Assembly (NCBI GenBank): GCA_038153405.1
Contig: JAYOYH010000014.1
Span: 55,680 to 102,263 of the forward strand
From: Gemmatimonadota bacterium
Lineage (GTDB): Bacteria; Latescibacterota; UBA2968; UBA8231
DNA: 46,584 nt
Direction: 5' to 3'
Shown here: positions 36,833 through 46,490 of the stretch, piece by piece
Position numbering within the stretch: position 1 is the first letter of the stretch
Layout of the letters: each line of letters starts with the position of its first letter
The notes under the pieces: model-generated
What the model was told of the DNA's origin: nothing
Database searches by the model: none
Seen by the model: the letters and a program-made list of their open reading frames with translations, nothing else
Made by a program: the position numbers and the translations under genes

Positions 36833-38260
36833 CTATTCACCGGTGGGCATGCGCATGGCGATGAGGCGCTTGTCGCTCTGACTTTGCACGCGCAACGCAA
36901 AGGCCTCGCCCGGCTCGATGGCTTCTAACGCTTCTTGATATTCGTCCAACGAGCGCACGCGCGTGCGGTTTATACCCGTGATCAACAGGCCGCGCTGCAA
37001 GCCGCGCCGAGCCGCTTCGCTGCCGGCGCGCACGCGCGTAATAACGACCCCTTCTTCGTCCTCGTCGTAGCCCAAGCGATCGGCCAATTCGGGCGTTAGC
37101 TCTTGCAATGCCAGTCCCAACCGACCCGGATCGACGGCTTCGCCGCGCTCGCTGCGCGCCGAGGCCAGCACTTCTTCCGTCAGGGCCTCCAATACGACGC
37201 CAAGGCGTTTTTTATCGCCGTCGCGCAGCACCAATAGCTCGACCTTACTCCCGGGTGCGGTGCGGCCAATAATGCTCTTTAGCTCCGTCGAGTCGTGCAC
37301 TTTTTCACCGTTGATTTCGAGGACGATATCCTCTTCTTTAACGCCCCCTTTGTCGGCGGCGCGACCCTCCATAACCTCGCTGATCAGCACGCCGTCTTTG
37401 GTTTCCAACCCCATCGCTTCGGCCAGCAGCGGATTGAGATCGCGTATTTGCACACCGAGCAGTCCGCGGCGCACGCGCCCGTGCTCGACCAATTCGCCCA
37501 TGACGAACTTGGCCTGGTTGATGGGAATCGCAAAGCCGATACCGACGTTGCCCACGCGGCCAAATGGGCCGCCTCCACCCGGCACGATGGCCGCATTGAT
37601 GCCGATCAGTTCACCGCGCACATTGATTAGGGCACCGCCGCTATTGCCGGGGTTGATCGCCGCATCCGTCTGGATATACGAGCCGTATTCCTCGCGCGAG
37701 CGACCGCGACCCAAACCGCTTATAATGCCCGTAGAAATGGAGTGGGCAATGCCGAAGGGATTGCCAATGGCCAGCACCCACTCGCCTTCGCGCAGCGCAT
37801 CTGAATCGCCCAGTTCGACGGCGGGCAGATCCTTGCCGCCAATCTTGAGCAGCGCCAAATCGCTGAGTGAATCAGCCCCTACGATCTCCGCTTCAAAAAA
37901 GCGCGAGTCGGACAGATCGACGCGAATATTGTCAGCACCGTTGATGACGTGGTTATTGGTGAGGATGTAGTGACTGCCTTTAAAACGCACGATCACGCCA
38001 GAGCCCGCGCCGTCGCGCTGGCGCTCCTGAGGTGGCATTTGAAAGCCAAAAAATGGATTGGAGCCACCGTCTTCTACGACCGTTCGCTCCGTCGCAATGG
38101 CCACTACCCCCGATTTGACCTGTGCGGCCAATTCAGCAAACCCATCGCTCATTGTCTGTAGCGAGCGAATATTGTCCGTCATATGGTCCAACGCGTGCGA
38201 CGGGGCGCTGTATGACAACATCCCCGCTACGACCCATATTGAGGATTTGAATCCTCCCAT
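36833..38260 (-). CDS. degP: DegP/HtrA (Do family) periplasmic serine protease with two PDZ domains
   Basis: GSGVI, LTNNHV (His), SDLALL (Asp), QTDAAINPGNSGG (Ser), two PDZ segments; GGAGG RBS. Confidence 0.93.
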   Translation of the reverse strand: MGGFKSSIWVVAGMLSYSAPSHALDHMTDNIRSLQTMSDGFAELAAQVKSGVVAIATERTVVEDGGSNPFFGFQMPPQERQRDGAGSGVIVRFKGSHYILTNNHVINGADNIRVDLSDSRFFEAEIVGADSLSDLALLKIGGKDLPAVELGDSDALREGEWVLAIGNPFGIAHSISTGIISGLGRGRSREEYGSYIQTDAAINPGNSGGALINVRGELIGINAAIVPGGGGPFGRVGNVGIGFAIPINQAKFVMGELVEHGRVRRGLLGVQIRDLNPLLAEAMGLETKDGVLISEVMEGRAADKGGVKEEDIVLEINGEKVHDSTELKSIIGRTAPGSKVELLVLRDGDKKRLGVVLEALTEEVLASARSERGEAVDPGRLGLALQELTPELADRLGYDEDEEGVVITRVRAGSEAARRGLQRGLLITGINRTRVRSLDEYQEALEAIEPGEAFALRVQSQSDKRLIAMRMPTGE

Positions 38261-38334
38261 CTAACACCTCCTACGCAGTAATTTTGCGGCTCAGGTTTTT
38301 TTTGACTACGCGGGAAACTAGCTCTCCGTGCCTA

Positions 38335-38363
38335 AGAGACGGAGGGGATGATCAGCGAGTTCC
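38335..38363 (-). promoter_or_regulatory. Putative RpoE/ECF sigma promoter of degP
   Basis: Minus strand GGAACT-17 nt-GTCT, about 75 bp upstream of the degP start. Confidence 0.6.
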
Positions 38364-38479
38364 CATCGCGATAAAGAATGTCATCTATCCGCACCGTTTT
38401 GCAATCCGACAGCGCTATTCTGTGCGACAATCTCATCCCGTGCGGATAAACGCAGCACGCACACTCCCCGTCGACTCAC

Positions 38480-41134
38480 TTAGTCGACATCGACGACTTC
38501 GGCATCGACCACGTCTTTGCCGCGGCCCTCCTCTGCGTCATCCTCGTGTTCGATAACCAACTGCCCATCTACCCAATCGACGCGCACGTGCGCACCGTCT
38601 GCTATGTGCCCGCCGATCAACGCACGGCCAATGCGCGTCTCCAATTCGCGCTGCAAATAGCGACGCAGCGGACGGGCGCCATAGACCGGGTCAAATCCCT
38701 GGCGCGCAATGTGCTCGCGCGCCGCGGCGCTGACATCCAACTCGATGCGGCGCGCGGCTAGCCGCGCGCGCAGTTCGCCGACCATTAGGGCAACCACTTC
38801 CCCTATCTCGGCCAGCGTCAGCGGCTTGAACAGCACAATATCGTCGACCCGGTTGAGAAATTCTGGGCGGAAGTGCTGGCGCAGTTCACCCATAACCGCG
38901 CGGCGAGTCGACTCGGCTATTTGTCCATCAGCCCCAACGCCGTCAATAAGGCTTGGCGATCCAATATTCGACGTCATAATGACAACGGCATTGCGGAAGT
39001 CGACCGTGCGTCCCTGCGCATCGGTCAATCGGCCGTCGTCTAGTAGCTGCAGCAAGACGTTGAAGACGTCGCTGTGCGCTTTTTCGATTTCATCGAATAG
39101 CAGCACGGAATAGGGCTTGCGGCGAACGGCCTCGGTCAACTGACCGCCCTCTTCGTAGCCCACATATCCCGGTGGTGCACCGATCAGGCGCGATACGGCA
39201 TGCTTTTCCATATACTCGCTCATATCGATGCGAACGATATTTTCCTCCGCATCGAATAGGGCCTGTGCCAGCGCCTTAGCCAATTCGGTCTTGCCCACGC
39301 CCGTTGGCCCAAGAAAGATAAACGAGCCCACTGGTCGCGTCGGATCCTTGATACCGGCGCGTGCGCGAATGACCGCATCGGCGACGCGCTGCACCGCCTC
39401 GTCCTGGCCTACGACGCGCCGATGCAGAATTTCGTCGAGGCGCAGCAGCTTTTCGCGCTCGCCTTCAACTAGGCGGTTAACGGGTATGCCGCTCCAGCGC
39501 GCGACGATTTCGGCGACTTCTTCTTCTGTGACCTCCTCGCGCAACAGGCGCTCATTCGAATTTTCCTGCTGCCGCGCTTCTTGAGTCGCCAGCGCGCGCT
39601 CCAACTCGGGCAGGCGACCGTGCTGGAGTTCGGCCGCCCGGTTGAGATCGTAGGCGCGCTGGGCCTCCTCTACGCCTCGGCGAGTCTGTTCGATTTCTTC
39701 GCGCAGCGCGCGCACGGCACGAATCGCCTCTTTCTCGCCCTCCCACTGCGCGCGCATGACGTCGGTACGCTCCTTCAGATTGGCCAGTTCACCGCCCAGC
39801 ACGTCGAGGCGCTCCTTGCTCCCCTTGTCTTTCTCTTTTTTTAGAGCGGCCTGCTCGATCTCTAACTGCATGACGCGCCGCGCTACTTCGTCTAGCTCGG
39901 CCGGCATGGAGTCGATTTCCGTGCGGATCATCGCACAGGCCTCATCGACCAGATCAATGGCCTTGTCGGGCAAAAAGCGATCGGCTATGTAGCGATCCGA
40001 TAGCATAGCGGCACCGACCAACGCGTTGTCCTGAATGCGCACGCCGTGGTGCACTTCAAAACGCTCGCGCAGACCGCGAAGAATGGAGATCGTGTCTTCC
40101 ACCGTCGGCGCATCGACCTGCACGGGCTGAAAGCGCCGCTCCAGCGCCGCGTCTTTCTCGATGTATTTTCGATATTCGTCCAAGGTGGTCGCGCCAATGC
40201 AGTGCAGTTCGCCGCGCGCCAGCATCGGCTTGAGCATATTGCCGGCGTCGCTCGAACCCTCGGTCTTGCCGGCGCCGACAATGGTGTGCAGTTCGTCGAT
40301 AAAGAGCAGAATCCGCCCATCGCTGGACTGTATTTCGCGCAGCACCGCTTTGAGACGCTCCTCAAACTCGCCGCGGTACTTGGCGCCAGCCATTAGCGCG
40401 CCCATATCGAGCGAGAAGATCGTGCGATCTTTCATCCACTCCGGCACGTCGCCGCGCACAATGCGCTGGGCCAATCCCTCGACAATAGCCGTCTTACCCA
40501 CGCCGGGCTCGCCGATGAGAACGGGGTTGTTCTTGGTCTTGCGCGAGAGAATGCGCACGACGCGACGAATTTCGCCGTCGCGTCCAATGACCGGATCGAG
40601 CTTGCCCGCCCGCGCTTGGGCAACCAAGTCGACGCCGTATTTATCGAGTGCTTCATACGATGTTTCGGGCATGCTGCTCGTAACGCGCTGGGCACCGCGC
40701 ACCTGAGTTAGGGTCTGCAAGAAGCGCTGGCGGTCGACGCCAGCCTTAGCCAAAAGGCGCCCCGACTCCGTCGCTTGGTTCTCTCCAATCAGAGCTAAGC
40801 CGATGTGTTCGACCGATACGTACTCGTCTTTGAGCGCGTGCGCCTCGTCCTCGGCGCGCAAAAGCAGCTGCTGCAAGCGGCGTGTGGCGTGCGTCTCCGC
40901 ACCTGCACCCGATACGCGTGGACGCTTGTCCAATGCGCGCTGCACCTCGGCGCGCAGCGCTGCCGGCGCAACCTGCATGCGACTGAGCAAGCTGGGCAGT
41001 ATACCTCCTTCTTGTTCAACGAGCACGGCCAGCAGGTGCTCTCCGTCTAACTCGCCGTGTTCGAGGCGCAGCGCCAAACGCTGCGCCTCCTGTAGGGCCT
41101 CTTGCACTTTCTGCGTCATCTTATGCGCGTTCAT
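38480..41134 (-). CDS. clpB: ATP-dependent disaggregase ClpB
   Basis: Clp N repeats, GEPGVGKT and GPTGVGKT Walker A motifs, LFIDELH, long coiled-coil M domain, GARPLRR. Confidence 0.97.
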   Translation of the reverse strand: MNAHKMTQKVQEALQEAQRLALRLEHGELDGEHLLAVLVEQEGGILPSLLSRMQVAPAALRAEVQRALDKRPRVSGAGAETHATRRLQQLLLRAEDEAHALKDEYVSVEHIGLALIGENQATESGRLLAKAGVDRQRFLQTLTQVRGAQRVTSSMPETSYEALDKYGVDLVAQARAGKLDPVIGRDGEIRRVVRILSRKTKNNPVLIGEPGVGKTAIVEGLAQRIVRGDVPEWMKDRTIFSLDMGALMAGAKYRGEFEERLKAVLREIQSSDGRILLFIDELHTIVGAGKTEGSSDAGNMLKPMLARGELHCIGATTLDEYRKYIEKDAALERRFQPVQVDAPTVEDTISILRGLRERFEVHHGVRIQDNALVGAAMLSDRYIADRFLPDKAIDLVDEACAMIRTEIDSMPAELDEVARRVMQLEIEQAALKKEKDKGSKERLDVLGGELANLKERTDVMRAQWEGEKEAIRAVRALREEIEQTRRGVEEAQRAYDLNRAAELQHGRLPELERALATQEARQQENSNERLLREEVTEEEVAEIVARWSGIPVNRLVEGEREKLLRLDEILHRRVVGQDEAVQRVADAVIRARAGIKDPTRPVGSFIFLGPTGVGKTELAKALAQALFDAEENIVRIDMSEYMEKHAVSRLIGAPPGYVGYEEGGQLTEAVRRKPYSVLLFDEIEKAHSDVFNVLLQLLDDGRLTDAQGRTVDFRNAVVIMTSNIGSPSLIDGVGADGQIAESTRRAVMGELRQHFRPEFLNRVDDIVLFKPLTLAEIGEVVALMVGELRARLAARRIELDVSAAAREHIARQGFDPVYGARPLRRYLQRELETRIGRALIGGHIADGAHVRVDWVDGQLVIEHEDDAEEGRGKDVVDAEVVDVD

Positions 41135-42033
41135 AGCGATGTATCCTTAGGTTGGTCTAACTCGGTCAACTGCTCAAATAGCCGCCGCTGCGGCGGCGAA
41201 ATATACTGGGGAACGACGATGCGAACCTCGGCGTATAAATCGCCGCGTTGGTCGCGCTCGCCCGTTGCGTATCCCCGTCCGCGCAGGCGAATACGCCTTC
41301 CCGAAGACGAGCCGCCCGGCACCTTTAGATCGACGGCGCCGTCGAGCGTTTGCAGTCGCACCGTGCCGCCCAGCGCCGCTGTCCACGGCATGAGATCGAG
41401 CGTCGCGTAGACGTCGTGTCCGCGCAGGCGAAACGGGCCCCCTTCGCGCAGGTCGACGCGCAAATAGAGATCTCCTCTGCGGCCACCAGCACCCTGACGG
41501 CCCTGTCCGGGCAGGCGAATGCGCTGGTCCTGCCGGACGCCGGCCGGCACGTTGACGGCATAGGTTTGCTGCTGGCCCGTGCGCGCATCGCGCAGGGCAA
41601 TATGATGCCGCCCTCCTCGATAGGCCTCGAGCACGTCGAGTTCGAGCGCGGCTTCCAGATCGAGATTTTCAGAGGCCGGCGCGCCAAACACATCCCAACC
41701 ACCCGCGCGGTGTGCGCCGCTGCCGAATAATTGTTCAAAGAATGTGCTAAACCCGCTCTGCCCCCACGCCGTCTGCCAGCCGTCTTCGGCGGGCGGCGCA
41801 CCGACGCGCGCAGCCTGCCACTCGGCCCCATAGCGATCGTATGCGGCCCGCTTTTGCGGATCCTTAAGCACTTCATAGGCCTCAGAGATCTGCTTGAACT
41901 TCTCTTCAGCCTCGGGTGCACTGTTGCGGTCTGGATGATACTGGCGCGCCAGACGGCGATAGGCCTTGGCCACTTGGTCTTTGTCAGAAGACCTATCTAT
42001 GCCCAGCGCGGTGTAATAATCGACGTAGTCCAT
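41131..42033 (-). CDS. cbpA: DnaJ class B co-chaperone (CbpA-like)
   Basis: J domain [22 protein letters not shown], DnaJ C-terminal domain, no Zn finger; stop overlaps the clpB ATG. Confidence 0.85.
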   Translation of the reverse strand: MDYVDYYTALGIDRSSDKDQVAKAYRRLARQYHPDRNSAPEAEEKFKQISEAYEVLKDPQKRAAYDRYGAEWQAARVGAPPAEDGWQTAWGQSGFSTFFEQLFGSGAHRAGGWDVFGAPASENLDLEAALELDVLEAYRGGRHHIALRDARTGQQQTYAVNVPAGVRQDQRIRLPGQGRQGAGGRRGDLYLRVDLREGGPFRLRGHDVYATLDLMPWTAALGGTVRLQTLDGAVDLKVPGGSSSGRRIRLRGRGYATGERDQRGDLYAEVRIVVPQYISPPQRRLFEQLTELDQPKDTSL

Positions 42034-42062
42034 GGCGGTATTTCCTCACAATCAGTCCATGG

Positions 42063-42077
42063 GCAAATCGCGTACCA
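42063..42077 (-). promoter_or_regulatory. Sigma-54 (-24/-12) promoter of cbpA-clpB
   Basis: Minus strand TGGTACGCGATTTGC = GG-N10-GC, one mismatch to TGGCACG-N4-TTGC. Confidence 0.75.
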
Positions 42078-42128
42078 ACCATAACACCCACACAATCAAC
42101 ACATTTTGACACAGTAGCGCCGGTCAAT

Positions 42129-42145
42129 AATGACAATTTGTCATT
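42129..42145. promoter_or_regulatory. Palindromic upstream activator-like site
   Basis: AATGACAA-T-TTGTCATT perfect inverted repeat about 50-70 bp upstream of the -24 element; IHF-like AATCAACACATTT at 42094-42106 lies between. Confidence 0.6.
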
Positions 42146-42154
42146 GAATAGCGT

Positions 42155-42182
42155 AAAAAAAGGGCCGCTAAGAAGCGGCCCT
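42155..42182 (-). terminator. Intrinsic terminator of the DUF5610 gene
   Basis: AGGGCCGCT-4 nt-AGCGGCCCT perfect 9-bp stem followed by a T tract on the minus strand. Confidence 0.88.
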
Positions 42183-42207
42183 CAATCTCTGCTTATCGCA
42201 AGAATAA

Positions 42208-42795
42208 TTACAGCGCGGTAGCGCCCTCTTCATCGGCCGCTGTGGCCAGCTGCGCTGCGCGCTGCGCGACAAAGTCATCCATGCCCTTCATCGTCAGGTC
42301 GAATGTCTCATCAATACCAGCCTGCACGTCCGAGTCGATTTCGCCCAGACCGGCCAACATCTCCTGCGCCCCGGCAAATCCCTCTTCAATGGCGCCCTTT
42401 ATCATGGTCGAAAACCCCTCTAACTGCTCTTTCTCGTCCACATCGGTATTATTGGACTGATATTGCCCGTAAAAACCGGTGGCAAACTCGACGATGCGGT
42501 TTGCCGTGGCCTGCGGCGAGAAATCTGTGCCGCTTTGCAGCAAACTTTCCACCGTCGTATCCATGCCCGCTTCTTTGAACATAGAGTTCAGCTTGTCGTT
42601 CAGCGAGTCGCTGAGCACGCGGTTGGCGAAGCCTTTGTCGACTTGGATATTTACGTTTACGGCATCGACCAGCAGACTCTTGGCCTGCGGTGAACCGCCT
42701 GCATCGGCTATGGTCTTTTTCATTGCAAGCGTCGAGCGCGACGACGACTGCATCGATGCAATGAGGCTTTGACTCTGAGCATTGCCCACATTCAT
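42208..42795 (-). CDS. DUF5610-like protein
   Basis: DFSPQATANRIVEFATGF, IEEGFAGA..ML..LG, IDETFDL pattern. Confidence 0.75.
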   Translation of the reverse strand: MNVGNAQSQSLIASMQSSSRSTLAMKKTIADAGGSPQAKSLLVDAVNVNIQVDKGFANRVLSDSLNDKLNSMFKEAGMDTTVESLLQSGTDFSPQATANRIVEFATGFYGQYQSNNTDVDEKEQLEGFSTMIKGAIEEGFAGAQEMLAGLGEIDSDVQAGIDETFDLTMKGMDDFVAQRAAQLATAADEEGATAL

Positions 42796-42857
42796 AGGGA
42801 ACTCTCCTCGGTGAACCCACCCCTGGGGAGGGAAAAGTGTAAACCCGCTGTTCTACC

Positions 42858-42865
42858 TTATCGGC
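42858..42865 (-). promoter_or_regulatory. Sigma-28 (FliA)-like -10 element
   Basis: Exact GCCGATAA on the minus strand about 62 bp upstream of the DUF5610 ATG; -35 match is poor. Confidence 0.45.
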
Positions 42866-42905
42866 CCCATATCCAGTTTTCCACAGCTTTTTTTTCGACT
42901 TTCCC

Positions 42906-42936
42906 AAAAAAAAGGGGGATGGCAAGCGCCACCCCC
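42906..42936 (-). terminator. Intrinsic terminator of the lipoprotein-barrel operon
   Basis: Minus strand GGGGGGTGGC-GCTT-GCCATCCCCC followed by T8. Confidence 0.85.
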
Positions 42937-42960
42937 CCATAATAACTGCACATATAGATA

Positions 42961-44319
42961 CTATATTCGATTCATACTAACGCGCAGTAGATTGATTGAC
43001 CAACCCGCCCCCTGCGCAACGCCGGGCAGGAAACCGCCGCGGTTGACCAGTCCGGTCTCCAGCAGCGTCAGGCGCCAGCGCCCGGCGGGAAATGGACCAA
43101 AGCCAAAGCCAATGGCCGAACTCTGACCGGCCCGGCCGCCGCCGGACAGACCAAAGCTGAGCGGGAACCAGTCGACGAGGCGATACTCGACGCCCAGCGC
43201 CAGGCGCGGAGTCGACGAGATACCAAACCCGCTGCTAAACGCCTGGTCGTACTGGCCGCTCACGACCAGTTTGGGAATGGGCCGGTGCGTCGCTCCCAAT
43301 CGCAGCATGGCCGGCAGGGTGAGCGAAAAACTGCTGTCCTCCGTTTCGCTTCCATATTCATCGAAAATGTCGTCGAAACCGGCCTTACCCGTAAAACTCA
43401 GCGCGCGCAGGCGGCTGGCCTGCACAAAGACGGAGTCCTGCTGCGACTCGATGCTCCAACTCATCGTATCGAGCAAGTTCATCAGGGCCAGACCAACGGT
43501 CGTCTTGCCGTCTTTGGTCACGCCCGTCGCACCTAGGTCGAGGCCAAATCCCAACCCGCCGCCAAAGCGCGTAACGGCGTAGGCATCGATATCGGTGCCG
43601 CCGATGCGGGTCTCGATACCGCCATCGGAACGCAGGACCTCACCGAATCCACCGCCCATGACCTTAAACGTGGCGCCGACGGCAAACTCCGACAGGTGAT
43701 TTTTTAAACTGGCCGGCATAATGGGTTTGGCAATCGCCCAGCTAAAGATACCCAAGCCCCAGCCCTGACCATCCCACTTGGCAATATCGTAACCGGGCGA
43801 TTTGCCGGCCGCCTCGCGGTCGCGGGCGAACTGGTTGCCGTTGAGCAGCAGGTCGATCATATCGCGCGGAATTTCGCCTTCCATACCCACGCGCGCGTTG
43901 ATGGCGATGGCACTGCTCAATCCCCACGGCAGGGGAAAGGCCACGCCGCCGATAACCGGCATGAACAGGCCAATATCTGTGTTGAACTTTAACCCACCGC
44001 CGGGAATACTGCCGACGATATCGTCTTTGTCTTCGTCGGAGATAAAATCGCCGTTGTACTTGTTATAGTCGCTGATGCTGATACTGTTGTTTTCCATGAT
44101 AAACGACAGCCCCAGATTCAGCGGCAGCGACAGCTTGGGCCCATCGCTCAGCGCGAGATTGGCCGGATTCCAATAAATGGACTCCACGCCGCGCGCCATA
44201 GCACCGTAGGCACCGGCGATGCCCATTGCACGCGGCTGTGTATCGCCGTATCCCGTGGCAAGCGCTTCCCCACCGGTCAAGAGCAGAGCGAGCGCCAGAA
44301 TCAATCCGTTAGTTTTCAT
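42961..44319 (-). CDS. Outer-membrane beta-barrel, FadL/PorV/DUF5723-like
   Basis: Signal peptide, RAMGIAGAYGAMARG..SIYWNPANLA plug motif, GFGLDLG, LTLPAMLRLGA, LALGVEY strands. Confidence 0.75.
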   Translation of the reverse strand: MKTNGLILALALLLTGGEALATGYGDTQPRAMGIAGAYGAMARGVESIYWNPANLALSDGPKLSLPLNLGLSFIMENNSISISDYNKYNGDFISDEDKDDIVGSIPGGGLKFNTDIGLFMPVIGGVAFPLPWGLSSAIAINARVGMEGEIPRDMIDLLLNGNQFARDREAAGKSPGYDIAKWDGQGWGLGIFSWAIAKPIMPASLKNHLSEFAVGATFKVMGGGFGEVLRSDGGIETRIGGTDIDAYAVTRFGGGLGFGLDLGATGVTKDGKTTVGLALMNLLDTMSWSIESQQDSVFVQASRLRALSFTGKAGFDDIFDEYGSETEDSSFSLTLPAMLRLGATHRPIPKLVVSGQYDQAFSSGFGISSTPRLALGVEYRLVDWFPLSFGLSGGGRAGQSSAIGFGFGPFPAGRWRLTLLETGLVNRGGFLPGVAQGAGWSINLLRVSMNRI

Positions 44320-44333
44320 CGCTATCTCTCCCC

Positions 44334-46403
44334 TTATTCGACCAGTGAATCATCGAGCAGGAGTTCAATCTCTAGGCCTGCTATGATGTTGATAAAATCC
44401 GTGCCGAGTACTTCGACTTCGCCGGCCGTCGACGGCAGCGTGATGCGCACACCGGAATACAGGCGGCCTCGATCGTTGTCCTCGAGGATAAAGTTGGCCA
44501 CATCCTCCGCATTTAGGGTGATCTCCCGTCGCACCGTTTCTGTGCCGCTGGAATAGCCGTTGGCATCGACGGGGGCCGCTACGGCCTGAAAGGGATCGCG
44601 GCCGGATTTGGGTATCGTAATCACCGGATCAGTATACACCGTCTCCGGCGTGCGACCGACGTAAAGGCGCACGCCCACGCCGAGCGGAATGCTGTTTTCC
44701 AGGTCGGTAATCACCCGCGCACCAACAAAGTTACTCAATATCTTGCGGCGCAGGTCCGAGTCGCGAAACGTAATGTCGCGCACCTCTGGGTCGATGCGCG
44801 TGTCGCTGAGTAAGGTTAGGCGCGGCGAGGTGCGAAATACCACGCTATCAATGCTAACCCACTGGGCCGGCGTGATCACCTCTTCTTCCTGGCCATCGCC
44901 AATGCGAATAGATGAAGAAATTGCGATATCTGTGGGCAGCAGATTGAGAAAGTTCGTCAAGTCGCCCCGAGAAATAGAGATCTTCGTGCTGATGGGATTG
45001 GCTGCGTTGCCGCGCTCAAAACGCTCCGCTACCAACAGCTCACCGCGCTCGCCAAAGGAGTTGGTTCCCGTTACGAGCAGCTCTACGTCAGCCAGAAAGC
45101 CGACGGCGCTAGTGACGAAGATATCCATAGCTGTCGAGCCAATAGCCACGTTGTTGAGACCGTCGGGAAAATCGACCGAGCGATCGACAGAGGGCAGATC
45201 CAATCCCACCCGATTTAGTCGGCCTTCCACGCGATCGAAGATCAGATCTTCGGTAATGGCTTCGATGCGCAATTCGCCGGTGGAGAAAATCTGCACCGGA
45301 CTATCGGAGGGAAATGTGCGCACAGCGTAGGAAAAGCGCAGCTCGAGCGGATCGATGGGCGCAAACTCGTTATTGTTCAAATCAAAGCGCACTTCGCGCG
45401 TCTCGCCCGGCGTCAGTCCGCTGACTTTAAAAGCATTGGCGTCGCCGTTGGCATCCTTCAGATCATCTAGAATCAGTTCGATCTCCATGACGATTTCGAT
45501 ATCGTTGGTAACGCGCAGAACGAGTCCGCCGTTTTGAATAACGGCGCGCGTGACCTGAATGCGATCATCGGGAAAGGCCAGCACCTGGGAATCGGAAAAT
45601 TCCTGCTGTGGAATAATGGCCAACGCCTGCGATACGATTAGATCGCCCAGCGTCACCTGAATATCCAGGCTGGGATTGCCCTCGATGGCCACGTTGGTGC
45701 CTTCGGCCGTGGCGCCGGTGACCGCTATGGACAAGTTGCCCGATATGGACTTGCCGGCCAACGAGAAGGACCCCACGCCCGAACCGCCGTTGGCGTCAAC
45801 CGCACCGAGGTCAATGGCATCGACCTCGACGCCGCCGTTGCCTAGGTCTACCAGTCCGAGGCGCAGCCCATCTAGGCCGACGGGCAAACCGTTCGCAACG
45901 GCTATGGTCAAACTACCCTCTTCAATGGTCAACGACGTCACGTTTTCCAGCGGCACTTCAGCGGAGACATCGATGGCGCTGGATGGAAGGAGGGGCAGCG
46001 TAACGCCGCTCTCAATATCCTGGCCCAGCAGCGTGCCGAGCGCAATGCTGATCGGCGGCACTTCCTGGCCGGGGATATTAATATTGCCAATCGGCGTGCC
46101 AAAGCTATTGGACGAAGGGCGAGCCTGCAGGCGGTCACCCACGTCGGCGCGTCCCACTTCGCGACTAAAGCGGATATTCATACCGCCCGTCTCTTGGTCG
46201 ATCTGCAAAAAGTCGCTGCGGTCACCGACGATGTCGACAATCTGCGTGCTGTCGTTGGCAACCGGTATACTGATGACGAACTCCGTGCTCGGTGCACTGG
46301 GCGGCTCGACAGCGCAGCCGGATGCGAAATACGCGACACCAGCACAGCCCAATACCTGCAGCGCACGGCTAGCCCGACGCCGGATACGAAACTTTCCGGT
46401 CAT
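44334..46403 (-). CDS. Large beta-rich lipoprotein with internal repeats (689 aa)
   Basis: AAGGAGG RBS before ATG 46403; Arg-rich n-region and FASGC lipobox; 14 bp upstream of the barrel gene. Confidence 0.75.
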   Translation of the reverse strand: MTGKFRIRRRASRALQVLGCAGVAYFASGCAVEPPSAPSTEFVISIPVANDSTQIVDIVGDRSDFLQIDQETGGMNIRFSREVGRADVGDRLQARPSSNSFGTPIGNINIPGQEVPPISIALGTLLGQDIESGVTLPLLPSSAIDVSAEVPLENVTSLTIEEGSLTIAVANGLPVGLDGLRLGLVDLGNGGVEVDAIDLGAVDANGGSGVGSFSLAGKSISGNLSIAVTGATAEGTNVAIEGNPSLDIQVTLGDLIVSQALAIIPQQEFSDSQVLAFPDDRIQVTRAVIQNGGLVLRVTNDIEIVMEIELILDDLKDANGDANAFKVSGLTPGETREVRFDLNNNEFAPIDPLELRFSYAVRTFPSDSPVQIFSTGELRIEAITEDLIFDRVEGRLNRVGLDLPSVDRSVDFPDGLNNVAIGSTAMDIFVTSAVGFLADVELLVTGTNSFGERGELLVAERFERGNAANPISTKISISRGDLTNFLNLLPTDIAISSSIRIGDGQEEEVITPAQWVSIDSVVFRTSPRLTLLSDTRIDPEVRDITFRDSDLRRKILSNFVGARVITDLENSIPLGVGVRLYVGRTPETVYTDPVITIPKSGRDPFQAVAAPVDANGYSSGTETVRREITLNAEDVANFILEDNDRGRLYSGVRITLPSTAGEVEVLGTDFINIIAGLEIELLLDDSLVE

Positions 46404-46424
46404 AGCATGCCTCCTTTTTAATTG

Positions 46425-46438
46425 TTGCAACGTTTCAA
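46425..46438. promoter_or_regulatory. LacI/GalR-type operator-like palindrome
   Basis: TTGCAACGTTTCAA (central CG, one mismatch) between a TATATT -10-like hexamer (46465-46470) and the RBS. Confidence 0.55.
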
Positions 46439-46490
46439 TTTCGGCAACCCTTTCTAGCTCGGACAATATAGCGAGAGAGGGCGCGCGGCA

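Noticed and set aside
38308..38370. Fluoride or c-di-GMP riboswitch upstream of degP
   Set aside because: Only superficial word matches; conserved cores are missing and the sequence is better explained by an RpoE-like promoter
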